The notes below the pieces were generated by a model that was not told the DNA's origin, did no database searches, and was given only the letters and a program-made list of their open reading frames with translations. Below, one piece after another: positions 6,833 through 8,920 of a DNA stretch of 8,920 bases. Both the position numbers and the translations under genes were made by a program. The stretch is from the IMG/VR virus record IMGVR_UViG_2713896787_000010; one strand, 5' to 3'. The first letter of the stretch is position 1; every line of letters begins with the position of its first letter. Origin of the DNA: a virus (taxonomy: Duplodnaviria; Heunggongvirae; Uroviricota; Caudoviricetes).

Positions 6833-8338
6833 TCATGGCATGGCCATGAGCATTTTCACGTCCGCATCACCGTCTGCTGACGTCTGTGGCACGCCACCCT
6901 GTACCGCTGCCGGTGAATGGTTCGCCATGATGCGTTCAAACATGGCGGTTGTGGATGCAGAGACCGGTTCTGCCTTACCTGATCCCGCAGCCAGCACAGC
7001 CCGGGCGCTCTCCACAGTCATTCCCGGGCAGGCAGCCAGCTGTTCAGCCTGCGCCTCAGCCCCTTTTGCCTCATCCAGTGCCATGATCTGATCACGGAGT
7101 GAGGGTCCGGCATCCGCCTGCGGTGAAGCAGCCAGGATCGGGCGGGCTTTTTCCACCGTCATCTCCGGCATCGCCGCCAGCGTTGCCGCCAGTTGTTCAC
7201 GACCTTTCGCTTCTTCACACGCCATAATGCGATCGGCTTCACTCTGCGCGGATGCCACCGGCTGCTGTGGTGCCGCCGCGGCCAGAATCGCCCGGGCCTG
7301 TTCAACGCTCATGCCCTGTTGTCCTGCCAGCATCGTGGCAAGCTGTTCACGTCCTTTCGCTTCCTGGCATGTCAGGATCCCCATCACTCGCTGGTTCTCC
7401 TGCGCGGCGGCTTCCGTTGCAGTTAATTGCGGCATAGTGCCTCCTCTGACATTACTGTTCAGCGCCGTGGCCATCACACTGATGGCATCCGACGCATTGA
7501 TTAATTCATCCGCCAGCCCGGCCTCAATGCCGGACTGACCTTCAAAAACGGCGGCCTCTGTTCCCGTGACAGCATCAACAGACAGACCGGTATACATCGC
7601 TACTTTTTCAGCAAACATCCGGCGCGCCGCATCAATGCGCTGTTGCATGTCCTGGCGAACCTCTGCCGGCAACGCTTCAAACTGATTGCCATCCACCTTG
7701 TGCGCCCCTGAGTAAATCAGCGTGATATCAACACCGGCCTGCGCCAGATGACCGGCATAGCTGACATGGCTCATCATCACGCCAATGGAGCCGATACGGG
7801 ATGTCTGGGTAACCAGCCGTCGGGAGCAGGCCGACGCCAGCAGCATGGCTGCAGAGCAGGCCGTGTCATTGCACAGTGCCCAGACCGGCTTCTGCTGACG
7901 GAGGCGGTAAATCATGTCAGCGCAGTCAAACGCGCCGGCGGCCTGCCCGCCCGGACTGTCAATGTCCAGCAGTACGCCCCGCACCTGGCTATCCGCCATT
8001 GCCTGCTGAAGACAGGCGACAATGCCGTCATAGCCTGTCATTCCGGAAAATGGCCGCATACCCCCCAGCCGGTGCACCAGCGTGCCGGTCACCGGCAGTA
8101 CAGCAATACCGTTCACCACCCGGTAAACACGGGCCGGTCGTTTACCTCCGGCCATGTACTCGTCCGTTTCAGCCAGCATTCCGGGAGCATCAAACTGTAC
8201 CTGCTGTTGTGGTACCGAAAGACTTGATGCCCCCATCTCGCGCCCGAGCGCGCAAAAGAAAACCCGCGCATAGGCGGGCTCCAGAAGCAGCGGTTCATTG
8301 AATGCTGCGGCAATAATGTGTGAAAGATTACGTCTCAC
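6833..8338 (-). CDS. C: Head maturation protease / scaffold (lambda gpC-like, S49 ClpP-like peptidase domain with a C-terminal Nu3-like scaffold region), 501 aa from a GTG start
   Basis: N-terminus (M)RRNLSHIIAAAFNEPLLLEPAYARVFFCALG..., GIAVLPVTGTLV, DIDSPGGQAAGAFDCADMI, CSAAMLLASACSRRLVTQTSRIGSIGVMM and ITLIYSGAHKVDGN all parallel lambda gpC. The first in-frame ATG is 35 codons in, so the GTG at 8338..8336 (GGAG about 10 nt upstream) is the likely start. Overlaps the B stop. Confidence 0.9.
   Translation of the reverse strand: MRRNLSHIIAAAFNEPLLLEPAYARVFFCALGREMGASSLSVPQQQVQFDAPGMLAETDEYMAGGKRPARVYRVVNGIAVLPVTGTLVHRLGGMRPFSGMTGYDGIVACLQQAMADSQVRGVLLDIDSPGGQAAGAFDCADMIYRLRQQKPVWALCNDTACSAAMLLASACSRRLVTQTSRIGSIGVMMSHVSYAGHLAQAGVDITLIYSGAHKVDGNQFEALPAEVRQDMQQRIDAARRMFAEKVAMYTGLSVDAVTGTEAAVFEGQSGIEAGLADELINASDAISVMATALNSNVRGGTMPQLTATEAAAQENQRVMGILTCQEAKGREQLATMLAGQQGMSVEQARAILAAAAPQQPVASAQSEADRIMACEEAKGREQLAATLAAMPEMTVEKARPILAASPQADAGPSLRDQIMALDEAKGAEAQAEQLAACPGMTVESARAVLAAGSGKAEPVSASTTAMFERIMANHSPAAVQGGVPQTSADGDADVKMLMAMP
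6935..7390 (-). repeat. Three diverged tandem copies (~144-159 bp, ~50 aa each) of a scaffold motif inside the 3' part of C
   Basis: Protein units: RVMGILTCQEAKGREQLATMLAGQQGMSVEQARAILAAAAP... / RIMACEEAKGREQLAATLAAMPEMTVEKARPILAASP... / QIMALDEAKGAEAQAEQLAACPGMTVESARAVLAAGSG..., followed by a truncated RIMANHSP. DNA: ctgttcacgacctttcgcttc (~7192) and ctgttcacgtcctttcgcttc (~7341) are 149 bp apart, with a third weaker copy near 7040. Confidence 0.6.
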
Positions 8339-8920
8339 GTGGTGTTGTCTCCTCTTCCGGCCTGCGACTCTCCGCTATCTGCTGCTGATACGCCTGCGCT
8401 ATCCACACCGGACGTGAGAGTCCGGCTTTTTGTCGCTCAGCAGATTCCCTGACCTGCTGGCGGAAAATGTCCTGATAATCCTCGCCCATCAGCGCCAGCT
8501 CTTTCTCATACGTGCTCAGTCCGGCCTCAATGCGCATCACTGATTCCTGGACTTCCTTGAGCCCGTCAATGGCCATTCTTCCGGCTCCAATCCACTCAGC
8601 CCGTGACCAGGCTGATCGCGCCTGATAAAAATCAAAACGCGCCCGTGGCGGACGAATAATCCCCCGAAGAAGTGCCTCTTCCAGCCAGCAGGAAAACATC
8701 TGCGTGGCCAGCCGGGACGCAATAAATTTTCGTCGTCCCATAAAATAGCGCCACGACTCATTGGCGGAGGCGCGGGCACTTGAATAACTGACCTTCGAGT
8801 AATCCCGGGACAACTGTTCGTAGGAAACGCCAAGACCGGCGGCGATATACCGCAGCAGCGCCTGTTCAAGCGCCGAAAATCCATTGTCTGAATCCTGCGC
8901 AGTCTGCAGTTTCAGATCAT
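8328..8920 (-). CDS. B: Portal protein (lambda gpB-like), C-terminal ~197 aa; partial, 5' end lies beyond the right edge
   Basis: ORF 8328..8813 reads (L)SRDYSKVSYSSARASANESWRYFMGRRKFIASRLATQMFSCWLEEALLRG...GRMAIDGLKEVQESVMRIEAGLSTYEKE..., matching the lambda portal C-terminal region. The frame stays open upstream to 8920 (...IAAGLGVSYEQ LSRDYS...); the TTG at 8813 is an ORF-finder artefact, not the start. Confidence 0.9.
   Translation of the reverse strand, partial: DLKLQTAQDSDNGFSALEQALLRYIAAGLGVSYEQLSRDYSKVSYSSARASANESWRYFMGRRKFIASRLATQMFSCWLEEALLRGIIRPPRARFDFYQARSAWSRAEWIGAGRMAIDGLKEVQESVMRIEAGLSTYEKELALMGEDYQDIFRQQVRESAERQKAGLSRPVWIAQAYQQQIAESRRPEEETTPRET

Noticed and set aside
7748-8301. 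Plus-strand ORFs 7748..8227 (159 aa) and 7876..8301 (141 aa)
   Set aside because: Antisense to the protease domain of C; Arg/Pro/Ala-rich translations typical of the reverse frame of a GC-rich gene.
8811-8813. TTG start of the portal ORF at 8813 given by the ORF track
   Set aside because: The frame stays open upstream to the window edge and the upstream translation (...IAAGLGVSYEQ) continues the portal protein, so the gene is simply truncated by the window.
1-8920. Novel defence or accessory system, CRISPR array, tRNA or integrase in this window
   Set aside because: No repeat-spacer periodicity, no tRNA-like cloverleaf candidates, and no unassigned coding space; all intergenic spacers are 55 nt or shorter and all ORFs match lambda structural proteins.

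Overview
This window is a contiguous block of a lambda-like siphovirus (prophage or phage) late morphogenesis operon, entirely on the minus strand and in the same gene order as lambda: portal B (3' part, runs off the right edge), head protease/scaffold C, decoration protein D, major capsid E, FI, FII, Z, U, V, G and G-T, and the N-terminal two thirds of tape measure H (runs off the left edge). I assigned genes by reading the ORF-track proteins against lambda sequences recalled from memory; no search was run. Genes are tightly packed with overlapping stop/start junctions, so there is no room for an accessory (moron) gene, and I see no tRNA, CRISPR array, integrase or defence-like cargo. I do not find a novel biological system here. 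The points worth a second look are: a conserved G-T slippery heptamer (GGGAAAG); three diverged tandem copies of a ~50-aa motif in the C-terminal scaffold part of C; a terminator-like hairpin plus U-tract between E and FI; a perfect 20-bp GC palindrome between D and E; and four 50-N runs that behave as unsized assembly gaps, one of them flanked by an exact 53-bp duplication. The long plus-strand ORFs are antisense to these genes and are treated as artefacts.
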